A stretch of DNA of 64,000 nt, taken from contig OZ024741.1 in assembly GCA_964016885.1 (NCBI GenBank), positions 278,132,001-278,196,000 of the forward strand, in the 5' to 3' direction. Both the position numbers and the translations under genes were made by a program. The notes beneath the pieces were generated by a model that was given only the letters and a program-made list of their open reading frames with translations, was not told the DNA's origin and did not search any database. The stretch comes from Eledone cirrhosa (lineage: Eukaryota). Below are positions 40,040 through 53,500 of this stretch, piece by piece (position 1 is the stretch's first letter; each line of letters begins with the position of its first letter).

Positions 40040-40560
40040 ATTGTTTCTACTTTAGGCACAAGGCCAGCAATTATTCAGTGCATTACTGGTACTTTATTTT
40101 ATCGACCCGTAAGGATGAAGGCAAAGTTAACCTCGACGGGATTTGAACTCAGACCGTAAAGGAACATAACTATGCTGGAAAGCATGGCGTCCAATAATAA
40201 TGGGTTTTATTATAGGCACAAGGTCAGCAATTTTTTAGGGGAGGGAAATTCGATTAAATCGACCCAGTGCATTACTGGTGCTTTATTTTATCGACCCCGT
40301 AAGGATGAAAGGCAAAGCTAACTTCGACAGGATTTGAACTGAGAACGCAAAGGGCCGTAACTATGCTGCAAAGTATGTGTCCGACGCTCTACCGATAATG
40401 CCAGTCTACCACCCTAATAATTGTTTCTACTTTTGGCACAAGGCCAGCAATTATCACAGTGTATTATTGGTATTTTATTTTATCAGTCCGTAAAGGGCCG
40501 TCACTCTATGCTGCAAAGCATGGCGTCCGACTCTACTGATACTGCCAATCCACTCGTAAA
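40040..40560 (-). repeat. Array of SINE copies on the minus strand
   Basis: Reverse complements of the same SINE core as 31030-31760. Confidence 0.8.
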
Positions 40561-41240
40561 GACAACTATAATAACGGCAATAATAAAAAAAGAAAAGGAT
40601 ACAAAAGAAAAAAAAGAATAGGGAAATATAGAGAAAAAAGAGAAAAGGAAGAAAAAAACTGAAAGAGGAGAGGATGGCAAGAGCTCTGGTGTCACAGAAG
40701 AATGGGGAGGGTTGATTGGGCCCTGGGCCTAGGGCAAGGGGGCAGAAGTGCTGTGCCCCGCAGACAATACCGCAAATGCATTCCCGCAGACAATGGCCAG
40801 TGACACCTGCTGCAGCAACCACCCAACCTCGTGGGGCTCCTTCCTCAGACGGGCCACCGACGTTCCGATCTTTCGGAGGAGCTTGGCGTTTGGAGTCCAA
40901 GTACGCCAGAGGTTTCGACGGCGGCTGGAGAAACCCCAGTATTTGTTTATTTTACGTTCTTCTGCGAGACAGGCCACAATGCTGCAGTTTATGGTCGAAG
41001 CGGCTAAGTTGGAGGTGGAGAATGTTTCGCAGCAGGTGGCGTCCCAGATGAGGGATCTACCTTCTTCGAATGGGAAGAGGGTGATTCTGTCAGGGCACTT
41101 GCCATCTCCGCGGTCTAGGCCTGCTGGCTCCAGTTGAGATGGAAAGCCAGCTGCGTCCAGGCTCCTTCTCAGTATGTCATTGACAGTGGCATATTGGGGG
41201 AACTGGCCTGCGCTCTGGTGGCAGGACAGGAAATATTTCA
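40560..41240 (-). mobile_element. CRE-like LINE 3' fragment (second subfamily) with pyrimidine-rich 3' UTR
   Basis: VNDILRRSL, LEPAGLDRGDGKCPD, LIWDATC, KINKY, LLQQVSLAIVCGNA. Confidence 0.8.
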
Positions 41241-41419
41241 TATGCAAATATAGAAAAATTAAAAGGAACATTGAAGACCATTGGCACAATCTCATCCTCC
41301 AAACAGACCCGATAAAAAGACATAAAAACGTTATTTAATTCTTCCGTTACACATTTAAATATATAGCATTGCTTCTTGATTGAGAGTTAAAAATTGAAAG
41401 AAAATCACATACATAAAAA

Positions 41420-41545
41420 AGCGAAAGAAAATGTTAATTAACACTAAACGTGTCAATCGGTCCTACACCACTAGGGGTGTCGGAGTCTGCCTCTAATACT
41501 TTTTGAGGTAAACCAACACACTGGCAACATTACCACAGGTGATCA
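41420..41545 (-). mobile_element. CRE-like LINE extreme 3' fragment
   Basis: Homologous to 38985-39110. Confidence 0.6.
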
Positions 41546-41579
41546 ACAAAACAAATACAATGAACTACAATTGCACTAA

Positions 41580-41766
41580 TAAGGAAGACACAGTAGAGGT
41601 AGACCACGAAAAACATGGGTAGAGGTGGTGAGAGCCGACCTCAGATCACTGCAGCTCATGGAGGAGATGACGAAGGACCATGACGAATGGAGAAATGTTG
41701 TGCTGAATAGGACCCGTCCCACCATTGCAAGCAGGAAAAAGCGGACGTAAAATGATGATGATGATG
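41580..41766 (+). mobile_element. RTE family B 3' fragment
   Basis: Matches 9903-10088 including the GCGGACGTAAAAT(GAT)n tail. Confidence 0.9.
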
Positions 41767-43203
41767 TAAGCATGAAGCCAGAGATTTTTTTTATAATGTG
41801 AACTTAGAACCTGTAGCATTCATGCACTTCCACCAACATTAGTGACATATGAGAAACATGATTTTATATCTTGCATTTCATATGTCTCCAACAAAATAAT
41901 CGCTGGTTCACTATATTTCCGATGGGGGAAAGTAACAAAGGAGTGTTTGAGCGACTCTGACCCTTGGAATTCTCGGGTTTTGGAGGTAACATTTATGTTT
42001 TTCCTATTGTTTTTTGATGTTTTGGAAGAATACAACGTTTAAAACTGTCGGAATTTTTGTTTTCAAACCACAAATTTCATCTCCAATTCAAAACGGGTGT
42101 AATTGTAAAATTTTCTGTATTCGATGTACAGTAGTGGATTAAAAATACTCTGGTTTGGAGCAAAATAAGTACATGCTTAGGTCCTTAAATAACGACAGGG
42201 ACCAGTAGTTTTTTCTCCAGTACAGTGTATGGGAGTCTTTTTTTGATATATATGTAACTGAATTCTTCTATGTTTTGCCTGGTAGAGATTCGAAATCGAA
42301 TCTAAAAATTCTCGCCTCTAAAGTCACCTATTGTTAGGTGTTCTTACCATTGTCCTGTCAAAAGGCAACTATGATAAATGTTATATACCATTTGACCTGT
42401 GACTCCAGACCTACCACAGACACTTGACAGACGATAGGCAGATGGTCTGGCTATTATCTCAAAAACCATATACATGTTCTTCTAGCTATAGTATTCTTAT
42501 AAATACAAGTGCTTCGAGAGACAAATCAGAGAGAGTGGCTAACACAGATGACAGAAGAACCGTTCTGCAAACAATTATAGATTCCCTTCACGAATACAGT
42601 TATCCAGCTACTACTCTCTCACATTTCTTACTTGCTCGACAGACAGACAGTGAGTTAGAGAGATGACTGACCGCTACTACAGAAAGCACGTCTGCTAGGG
42701 ATTAACACACACACACACACACAGTAGATTTCCTTCTATTGTCCCTTATACACTTTGTCTATCCCTTCAACTTCCTGTCATTCTCTACTATTGTAAAGCA
42801 CAACACACAACTTCTACTGTATCATTCCCTTTGATACATACATTAACTAACAGTATTGACTTAACAACACATGCTCATTCTTGGTGTGTATTTACGCTAG
42901 CTCGAAGTAGCTAGTAAAACAACTAATGTAGTGATAATTGTGTCACAATTTTATTACTCAATCTTCTATGTACCCATTGAGTGAATTTTATTGTTACAAA
43001 ATAAACATTGTCAACATCATAATTCTTCATCATTCTTTTTATCATTCATCCTACGAAGAATACATCTTAACAGTTACATGGACGTGACCCTATCGCTACA
43101 TAATGGGCAGGATCTGAGATCAAATCCCACCTAGGTTAGCTTTACCTTTCATCCTTATGGGGTCGATAAAATAAAGTACCAGTAATGTACTGGGGTCGAT
43201 TTA

Positions 43204-43204
<1 letters not shown>

Positions 43205-43236
<32 letters not shown>

Positions 43237-44185
43237 TTCTTTATTAACCACAAGGGTTTACACAAAGTAAGACATTAAGGACAGTACAGGACAATACAGG
43301 ACAGTACAGATGGGCATTTCTGAGTGTAAAAAAAAACAAAAACAGAGGATGTAACAAAAAAGGAACAATGAAAAATTCCCCAATAGGAGGGAGACTTCCG
43401 AGGGCCATCGTGGAGAAAGCCCATTAAAAAAAGCCACGGTGACCCTGACCACCAGGGCAAGTGCCCTCTCCCAGTTTTCCACCTTCAATTTACAGGCACA
43501 TACATACTTGGACCATTCTTGCCTCTCTCACCCATCTTTCAACAAAATGCTGGAAAGAGAGCACTTCCCTCTCTACCTTGATTTTCCTTTTCAAATGAAA
43601 TTCGAAAAAGTCAATCAGAGCATCACCGAAGAGGTAAGTGCTCGTCTTCAGCCCTTTCAGACGCGTCCACCACACTATCTCTTTCACCATAGCCACCACC
43701 AGACAGATAAAAACTGCTTGCGCTTCTCGGCTAAAGGATAGGGCGGGGCAATCCTCACGATGGACTCAGCTGATAGCCGGATCCGTTCTACACGCGACAG
43801 CAGGTGTTCGGCATAAACCCACAAGTCAGCAATGCTCGGACACTGGACGAGTGCATGCAGGACGGTTTCGTCACCCTGCGCGCATCTCGGACATGCCAGG
43901 CTGACGGCACCTCCATGCCTGTAGAGTTTATCCCAAACTGGCAAAGCTCCTCGGTAGCACTGCCAGGCCAGGGATTTCTGGAAATTGTCCATAGGCCCCG
44001 GCCCGAAAGTTCTTCCGAAGAGATTGGCTAGTTGATTTTCGTCGACGCCTAGAGTTTCCCCAAGTACATCGTCGCTCTTCCCCTCCACTAATCCTCTATA
44101 GAACGCCAAGGTGCAGTTTCCACCGATCACATTGCCCGACTGGTCGAGGGCTGTGAACGCCTGAAGACTTTCCAGTCTCCAAGCA
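43205..44185 (-). mobile_element. 5'-truncated Tx1/L1-type LINE with (ATT)n tail
   Basis: FGRTFGPGPMDNFQKSLAWQCYRGALPV, CPRC..DETVLHALVQC and WWTRLKG, homologous to 62200-63066. Confidence 0.9.
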
Positions 44186-44295
44186 CTATAATAATAATAA
44201 TAAAAACCCCAAGAATGAGATAAGTTGTCTAGAAAATTATAATTTTATTCTTTAATTTTATATCCACAGAAGGTATTTACTGAATTGAATATCCT

Positions 44296-44505
44296 ATGAA
44301 AATGAACAAACAAACCGATAACACACTGAAGTTTTTAAAATACAAAACTGACATTGTGGGTGTTACTTTAACAGGTATGGACATGGCAGATGAGTTCCCA
44401 TCATCAAATGTAAACCCTCTTGAATTCCAAAGAAATGTACAGTTTAACTTGAATACATGCCCCAAACCAAAAGAAAAATATACACCACCATTATTGGAAC
44501 CCCTG
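44296..44505 (+). CDS. DNAH6: DNAH6-like coding exon 1 (MKMNKQ...PPLLEPL)
   Basis: Acceptor TATCCACAG|44270; donor CTG|GTAACT, phase 0. Confidence 0.7.
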
Positions 44506-47500
44506 GTAACTATTCTTTATATATTCTTTCACTTATTATTATTAACACTGCTTGGGGTGGTGGATTAGCAGCATTGGTAGAGCATTGGATAATATGCTTT
44601 GCAGCATATAGTTATGGCCCTTTACGTTCTGAGTTCAAATCCTGCCGAGGTTAGCTTTGCCTTTCATCCTAACTAGTAACTATTCTTTATTTATCATTTC
44701 ACTTATTATTTTGGTTGGGGATCCTCCAAAGGGCCTTTGGAGTAACATTAATTGATAGAGTGTGTAGCTCAGAGATCAGAGGGTCACTTCAGATAGCGCC
44801 ATTACATCTTCGAATTGAGAGATTCCCAATGGCACATTGTGTCTTTGAACAAGCCTCTTTATTTCACATTTCTCCAGTTTACAGACTCTCCCCCTCTCTC
44901 TCTCATGGACAGTTATTTTAGTATATTATTTGCATATATTTATTGAAGTAAATTCTCTTCAAAAAGAAAAGTATAACTATTAAATAAACAGTATCGGGCT
45001 CTTAGAAGTATATTGCCATTTTTTGGATTGAAACCACGCCAGATTTGATTTGGTTATTATTTCTCAATTCTCTATTATCTTAATCACCACCGTTCTATTA
45101 TAATTTATCAATGACTGTATCTTGCCAACACGCCTTTCATCTTGTGTGACATATATTCCATGTCTTTTTATTCCAGCCATGTCTGAAACAACACCAAGAA
45201 AAGATTACAGCACAGCACTATATTTCTGAGAAAGTGCAAATTCCCGAGGTTCCTTTCAAGATAGCAAGAACCAGCTCGGTTCATCTGCCTCCTATTGAAA
45301 CAAAAACAAAAGAATTTGAGAATGTCATCCCCACTGTGAGTATTAGCAACGTTTTTTTTTTTTTGTGGGTAGGGGTGGGGTGGGGGGTGGGGGGTTCTAG
45401 GGGCAGTTGATTTATTTGCAGAGTGTCAGAATTGATACTTTGTAGTAAAAATAATTTGGAAACTAGTTATCTATAAAATATATTGTATCATTATCATCAT
45501 CATCATCACCATCATGATTATTATTATCATCGCCATCATCCTCATCATCACCACCACCATCATCATCGCCACCATCATCATTATCACTTAATATCTGTTT
45601 TCCCTGTTAACATGGATTGGCAAGTACTGCAAAGAATTTTGTTAAAATGGAACTAATTAATAAAAGAAATCACTAATAAAAGCCATTTCTCTGTTTTGAA
45701 GACTGCGAAAGGAAAGAAACGAGCACAACTTTCAAAATCTGTTTTCACAGAGTCTTATAGCAAAGATTTAGATAAATTTCAGAAGTTTGGTAAAGTTGAA
45801 ACAAATTCTTTTACAGGTAAGTGACATCTTGAAATTTGTTCTTCTTTATTTATGTAATTTATCAGCATCATCGTCACTGTTAACGTCTATTTTCCATGCT
45901 TCAATGTGTTAGATGGGCTGTCACGTTTTGAAGCAAGACAGGTCAGGGGACCACATCTTGCTCAAGCGCTACATTTTTTGGCTTGGCTTTCTACGGCAGG
46001 ATGCCCTTCCTGATACCAGCCACTTTACAGTGTGTCCATGGTGCTTTTTGTCATAGCACCAGCACTAGCATCTGACAGGGTGGACTGGATGCTATTTGTC
46101 ATACACACACGTGTGTGTGTTTGTGTGTCTAAGACAAATAGCATATTTATACTCCCATGGATAATCCGCATTCAAATTCTAAGTTGAACTTCTTACTCTG
46201 TTTATTGTAGTTCTATTTTCATTAATTGTTTGCAATTTTTGTCTTTGATTTCTATTTGGAAGCCCTGGTCAAATGCTTCATGATTCATCTTTTCTGTTTT
46301 CAATTTGAAACAATGTACCAGCTTTAGACTCTCTAGGCCCCTTGGTCTCTCCTATTTGATCATTTATCTTGTCATAGGCCTGCACTCAACATGTAAATGC
46401 CGTTCCACTGAAGCAGGTGGAGAAGTTAAAGTATCTCAGGGCCGTGTTCATGAGTGATGGTAGGCAAGAGGATGAACTAAGTGCTGTAATGCACCAGCTT
46501 CAGCATTCAGTAATCAGAAGGAAGGTAGGCATAAAAGCCAAACTCGCTATCTTCAATTCGGTATTTGTGCCAACTATTACCTATAGTCATGAATCTTGGG
46601 TAATGACCAAAAAAATATGATTGCAAATGCAAGCGGCCGAAATGGGGTTCCTCCGAGGGTCTTTGGCGTAATGTTACTTGATAGAGTGCGTAGCTCGGGG
46701 ATCAGAGAGTCACTCCAGGTAGAGCTGTTACTTCTCCAAATTGAGAGATCACATCTCTGATATTATGGGTATGTGGTTAGAATGTCTCAAGAAAGAATCA
46801 CTGGGCAGATTTTACAGGCAAAACAAACTGGCAGGAGACCCAAGGGTAGATCCCTAGCAAGATGGTTGGATAACATCCATGAGCTTGGTTGGTCTTGCTT
46901 GGGGATCCAGCTGGATCAGTTGGAGATGGTTGCTTCTGACAGGACCTGCTGGAAGGAGTGTTTGAGGACTCTGCCCCCATGACACTTTCAGGAATTATTG
47001 GGTGAAGAAAAATTAGGCCTGTTGAAGTTGAGCTGATCAGATTCATCTCTAATGTCATTATCCTCCACCACAATCACCTCCAACAATTGCAACTGCTCAT
47101 AGGGAAGATGAAATGAGACATTGTAATGTATCATCATCATCTGTATTGTTATCATCACCACCATCATTATCATCATCATCATCATCATATTCCCACAACT
47201 GGTGCAGCCAGTTGTTAGGGTGTCACTCTAGATGTTTTTACAGTCAGCCCATCGCAACTGGTCTCTATCCAACCCTTGCTAGCAGGGAAAGTAGACATAA
47301 AATTATGATGTTTTCAGTCTAACCCTACCAGCAGGGAATGCATGTATGATTCCATAACTCCTGAGGATGTCACAGGGTTGCCATACAGTGTTTCTTAGGA
47401 CATTTTTAAACCTGGAAGAGTCCAATCCTCTCTAGGTCTGAATACAGCAGATTTCTTCAAGTGAGAATGGAAATGAGAAAGAGATATAGAGGAAGAATTG

Positions 47501-50500
47501 ATCCCAATACTAGACTGGTACTTTTTTTTTATTGGCCTTGAATGGATGAAAAGCAAAGTTGATCTCAGCAGGATTTGAACTCAGAGAGCAGAGAGTCGAA
47601 ACGAATATCGCAAAGCACTCTATCTGACATTTTAACGACTCTGCCATTTCACCATCTAGCAGCGAAAGCCAACGTAAAATGATGATGATAGTTTTCTATT
47701 CTTTTTTAACAATTACAGTGGTTGTATAATTTTTTCTGAGAAAATAATATTTTTTTATTATATTTAATTTAATCTAGGCAAGAGGGACATGAATGAAGTG
47801 ATAAAACTATTGTGCCGTAATAAGGATAAAAATATTGATTTTCTGTATTTGGCACACACTGTTCCAAAGACATCACCATATTACCATTATTATAATCTTA
47901 AGTGAGTATTAATATTTCTAAAACAGTTGAAAGTAAAGTTTAAAAAAAAAAAGGAATTGTTTTGTTTTCCTAAAATATATTGCTCGAGAATGTAGTTGAC
48001 TTAGGAAGTATTTGGAAATTTTGAAAGTGTGCATCACAACTGACCTCAATAATAGTCGATCTCTCACTAAAAATAATAGTTGAGAAAACTGGGTGAAGTA
48101 CCTCCCACACTGAGGATGGGAAAATAGATAGAAACACCTGCAAGGCATTTTTCTCTACTATTTTTCTGTCTTCAGCAGTACTTTACCTGATTTTCTCAGC
48201 TATTATTATGATCATTTGTGTTAGGATGCACACATTTCATATTGTTAAATATGTTTTCTAAAAGGAGTGCTGGTGGAGGATTTAGAAACAGTAGAATATA
48301 GAGCTAAATGCATTTACAATAATTGGTTTTGGCCATTTAGGTTCCTAGTTCAAGTCATATTAGAGCCAGCTTTGCCACGTGGGTTTGATAAAATATTCCC
48401 TAGTCACAGGAAGAGACTAAGATAAATGAAATCAGTTATACACCTCTCATTCAATAGTTATAATGAATGATAAGGACCAAAACACTCACTTGAGCAGAGC
48501 AGAGTTTCTTCTCTGAAAACCTTCTGTAGTTCAGCTCTTCTGAGAGTTTCTTACCACTAACTGATTTCAAAATCAATATATATATATATATATATATTTT
48601 AGTATCGAAAATAGGAGGAAACCCTTTATATGCGATATATGCTAGTAGTCAGTAAGGCAATGAGAGAGCCAGTATGCCATTGTTAAACCTGCTAGAAATA
48701 TCAACTAAAGCTTCCCCAAATCACACTCCACTGTTTTTAAAAAAACATAGACAATGTAATTTTGAATGCACTGAATCTATAAAAAGATGAGATGGTCAAA
48801 GTTTGAACACCTTTGATTATAGGTTTGTTTGTTCATTTTGTTATCATATTTTTAATGAAAGATACAGCCTATAATTTTGAAAATAATCAAGAATTTGGTA
48901 ATCTTAAGTAATATAACTAACCTTTTCGTTATTTATTCAGCCTGTGTTTGGAACATAACTCAAGAAAAGCTTTTTACATAAAATAATAATGGAAGGTTTT
49001 TAGATAAACATAAATACATAAAAATAGACAATTTAGAATCATAGAAACAGGGCTGGTGTCTGGCAGTTTGGTATAAAAAAAGTTAAGTTAAACAAAATCT
49101 AGTAATTAGGTATCTGCTCTTCATTTAAACATTAAATGTATGAGCTGCTCTTCTCATAAGATATTAAGTAGCCCTCACTTCAGTACTGACTTGGTCTATG
49201 TAGACCTATCTGAAACTTGCTAGCAGGGAAAGCGGACATTAAAACAGCAATGATGATGATGATTTGTCACATGTGAGAAAAATAAAATATTTATATGAAA
49301 TGAGGTAGCAGTGAAGAATTTGTCCTTATTTCTTTGTAGGAAGGTATCTGATGAAGGTTAGTGTAATGAATGTGTTATTTGAAATAGACATATGTCTGTG
49401 TGTTTGTGTATGTGTATGTCTGTGTGTGTGTGCATGGCTGCATATGTATGGCTGCATGTGTATGTCTGTGTGTGCATGTGTATGCCTCTGTGTATATATG
49501 CCTGTGTGTGTATGCCTCTGTGTATATATGTCTGTGTGTGTATGCCTCTGTGTATATATGTCTGTGTGTGTATGCCTCTGTATATATGCCTGTGTGTGTA
49601 TGCCTCTGTGTATATATGCCTGTGTGTGTATGCCTCTGTGTATATATATGTCTGTGTGTGTAAAAGTACGTTTTTAAATGGCTTAATCATTTTGTTATCA
49701 CCTCTTATATATTGTTTTGTCTTCAACAGAGTCGTTCATTATGTTGATATAGATCGAAACAATTACTCAACTATCAGCACCCGTGGTGTTATGAAATATT
49801 TGACAAACAATGAACCCGAATTCACTGGACTGAAGGAGTGGCAGCAAGATTATATCAATTTTTCCCAAATCAGGAAGGTAAGGTTTTTTTTGCCAATTTA
49901 CATTTTTGAGATATTACAAGGCAGTGTTAGAGATGCTGTGCTGAAAAGGACCTGTCCAATCCATGCAAGTGGAGAAAAACGGACATAAAAACGATGATGA
50001 TGATGGTAATGTGTGAGTATGAATGAAGATGAAATAAAGGACAAATGTGGGGGACATAGCTCACCTACCTCACAGGATGTCTCACTAGTTGATCTTGTCC
50101 AGAATGGGGTATATCTGTGTCTCTGAGTGCCCTACCCACAATGGAGTATATCCATGTCCATGAGTGCCCTATTTACAGTGTGGTATATCCATGTCTGTGA
50201 GCATGCCATTTATCCGAATACAAATACTTGAGAAAATTAATTATAACTTTTGGCCTCCTGTGACCACTTGGTACATCATGCAAGATGAGGTCTCTCCTCG
50301 TTTTGCATGCACTGTCCATAAGTGACTTGATGTCCAATATCTAGAATGTTGACTGGGTCATTGAGATTCACATGAATGGCCAACAAGAAGCCCTAACTTA
50401 ATGGCATGTCATTTTTTCCTGTGAAGATGGATGAAAGAAGTAGATTATAGCTCAAAACTAAAAATTAGAGGAATGCATTCGTCAAGTATTGACCAACATA

Positions 50501-53500
50501 CTACCTGAGTTCCTGATGAAGTCAGTCAAGGATATACCCAGATGATTACAAACCCTGGTGGACACCACTGGTGCCTATGTAGAATTTTAACACTACTGTA
50601 CTTCTACAAATATACTGCTCAAAATAAAATGTTTTATGAAAATTAACCAATCACTCCCCCAGTACACCTTTGAAGTCACATGAATTTTAATTTAATGCAG
50701 TTTAAAGTTTTATAACAATGACATCAAATAATAAGAATTATTAATATACAGGGTGTTTCAAGTAATTTGATATCATTTGAGATGTAAATATCTGAGTAGT
50801 TACATAGTCTAGGCAAATGAAATAAGTTATTAGTAATTCTCACAGTTGCCTGCACTGTCCATCTATAAGATGTGATAAGTTAAATGAGATTAAGACACAG
50901 ATCTATTATTTATGACATACACTAGAGCCTTTGCCTTTTATTTCCAGTTATTAGATTATGAAATGATATTAACTTTTCTGAAACAGCCTGTAAGTAGAAT
51001 ATATATCTTCTTTGAAGTAGTAAAGACCCCCTTTGGTCACAAATGACCTTGGGATTTGCACCTAGAAAGTTCCCGTCTAAGGCAGAAGTCTGAGCAAGGT
51101 TGTTTGTAGAAGACCAGCAGTCGCCCATGCATACCAGTCTTCCCTCTCCACACCACTGATATTGTCCAAGGGAAAGGCAATGGCTGATACAGGTTGGCAC
51201 CAGTGATGTCACAACTGGAGCAATGGGAAATAAAGTGTCTTGATTGAGGACAACTCTTTAGTATTGAATTTCTGTAACTTTTCTTATTAAATAGATATAG
51301 TGGCTGATAGCAACTTCTTTTTCTGTCTTTAAGAGTCTTCACCTTACTTTATAAGCTATTTTATAGCATCTTTGCACATGAGCACACCATTCTTTATATT
51401 AAATATATATAATAATAATTACTGTTTTTCACCTTACAGACTCGCTTTTTTGCTCAATTTCAAATGTGGAAACCATTCAAGTTATGGCACAAGAATATTC
51501 GACAAATGAAATTTAAGATTAGCGAAAGCTTTTTGAGAGAAAATTTATATATTTTGAATCCTGTAAGAATTTTAACAATATTTACTTTTATTTTGAGTTT
51601 TTATAGGGGAATAAATATTTTTGAAAAAAAGACACAATATTTCCTGAATACTTAACTACAAAACTAAACAGAATAGTTAGAAGGAAACAGACACATGTAG
51701 ACTAATGATTATTTTTCATTTATTTTAAGAAGTTGATGAAAATATTCTTTAATGCTTCATTCATGATGGTACCTGTGTGGGAATAAGTAATTTGTGCCTG
51801 CATCGCAATAAATAATTAAGAAATGCTGCATACCACTACAGTGCCACTATGACTCCATCAAGAGTTATGGGACTATACCATACCATGCCAATAAATATCT
51901 ATTCATTGTTATTCATTAAGAATATAATTACACTTGTAAGTTATATAATCATATTTTGTTTTTTTCAGATGCTGACTTTAACTATTTTAAAAATAAAAGA
52001 GATGTGTGATAAAATTAGTCAAATGAAGTTATGTAGAATTGACGAAGACAAAACATATACAGCACAACTATTTTATGAAAGTCAAACAGAACAAGCCGCC
52101 ACTGTAAGTTGAGTCTTGCTTGTTTTCATCCATGACAAATCAATGACAAATAAAAGGAAAGAAAAAATAGAAAAAAGAAAAGGGGTGGGAAACAGCCAGT
52201 GATACCCACTGTGTCAACCATTCCATTTTGTAGAACTCCTTCTTCAGGTATGCTGTCCTTGTCCTGATTTGGCAGAGGAAAATGATGATTGATACAAAAA
52301 GTAATCAGTCAATCAATGTCTGGTGTTTGATTAGTTTAAAAAAATTAAAAATGTGTACATTGACCCCTTTTGAGTCAATGAAATACACTCTATTTCAATT
52401 TAAAATATGATTCTTATATAAAATTATGCTGGAAGATATTTAAATATGAACCCTTTGAAATGGTTTTGTTTTATAGAACCAGAAATGGATTTGGCCAAGT
52501 TGGTATTAAAAGGTTAATATATTCAATCATTAATTATTTTTTGCATTTATTTTACCATTATGTTTTCACTTTCTTCAAGGTTTTAAAACACTTACAAACC
52601 TTTCGGGATATTGCGAAAAAAATCACAAGAAGTGCTTGTCGGAATGCAATGTTAAAAGATGGTTTTGTACCAGATGATTGTCACCCGAATGCTGATGGCC
52701 GCACTTCTTTGACAGGTTCAAAATAGTTTCTTTCTTATTTATCCCAAGCCATTTTTGATTTAACATTTTAACTGTTCACATCCTGTACCACATGAAACCA
52801 CATTGACAAGATATTCTTGAAAACTACAAAGCAGCACCATGACTGCATCACATTAAAAATTTACCATTATGTTTTCATATTTTGACTGAAAAACACGGCT
52901 TATGATTTTCAAATAATTTTGAAAATTGCCAAGAATTTGGAAGAATTTAGTAATATGGCATTCTCTTTATTTAGCTGGTGTTTGGAGCATAACTTAACAA
53001 AGGTTCTTATATAAGATTATGATTGTCCAGTACTCAAGTGGAACCTCTGACCTCCATATGATTCCATGCTCTACCAAGTGCATTTTATTGTGGCACAGCA
53101 CTAGCAAAGTTGTCTTTGACCTGAAGAGTCTTCTTGACCCTTTGTTTCATAGGTTTTCTATGGCTGGATGCTTTTCATATCACTGACCACTTTACAGAGT
53201 GTACTGGGTGCATTAACCATGTTAATGAACAACACTAGGAAGTTGTCATGTCTATGGCACAGCTGAAGAGTCCTCTCGACCTTATTTGTTATCTCATAAA
53301 AAAAAAACTGTAAAAAATAATCAAATTTCAAAATGGTCAACTTTGGATTAAGAAATCCTGTCTATGGCACAGGTGAAGGGTCCTTCCGACCCTTTATTTT
53401 ATATTATAATTTCTGAGCAACAGCAGCAGCATTGGTTTTAGGTTTTCAGTAGCCCAAATAACTGGTTTATTTCATTTCTGATACTTTAATCATGTCAATT

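Noticed and set aside
42330-43100. Possible solo LTR ending ...ATCGCTACA
   Set aside because: I could not identify a matching TG start with a TSD.
50512-50560. CTGATGA hammerhead core
   Set aside because: There is no correctly placed GAAA or stems, and it lies inside the transposase remnant.
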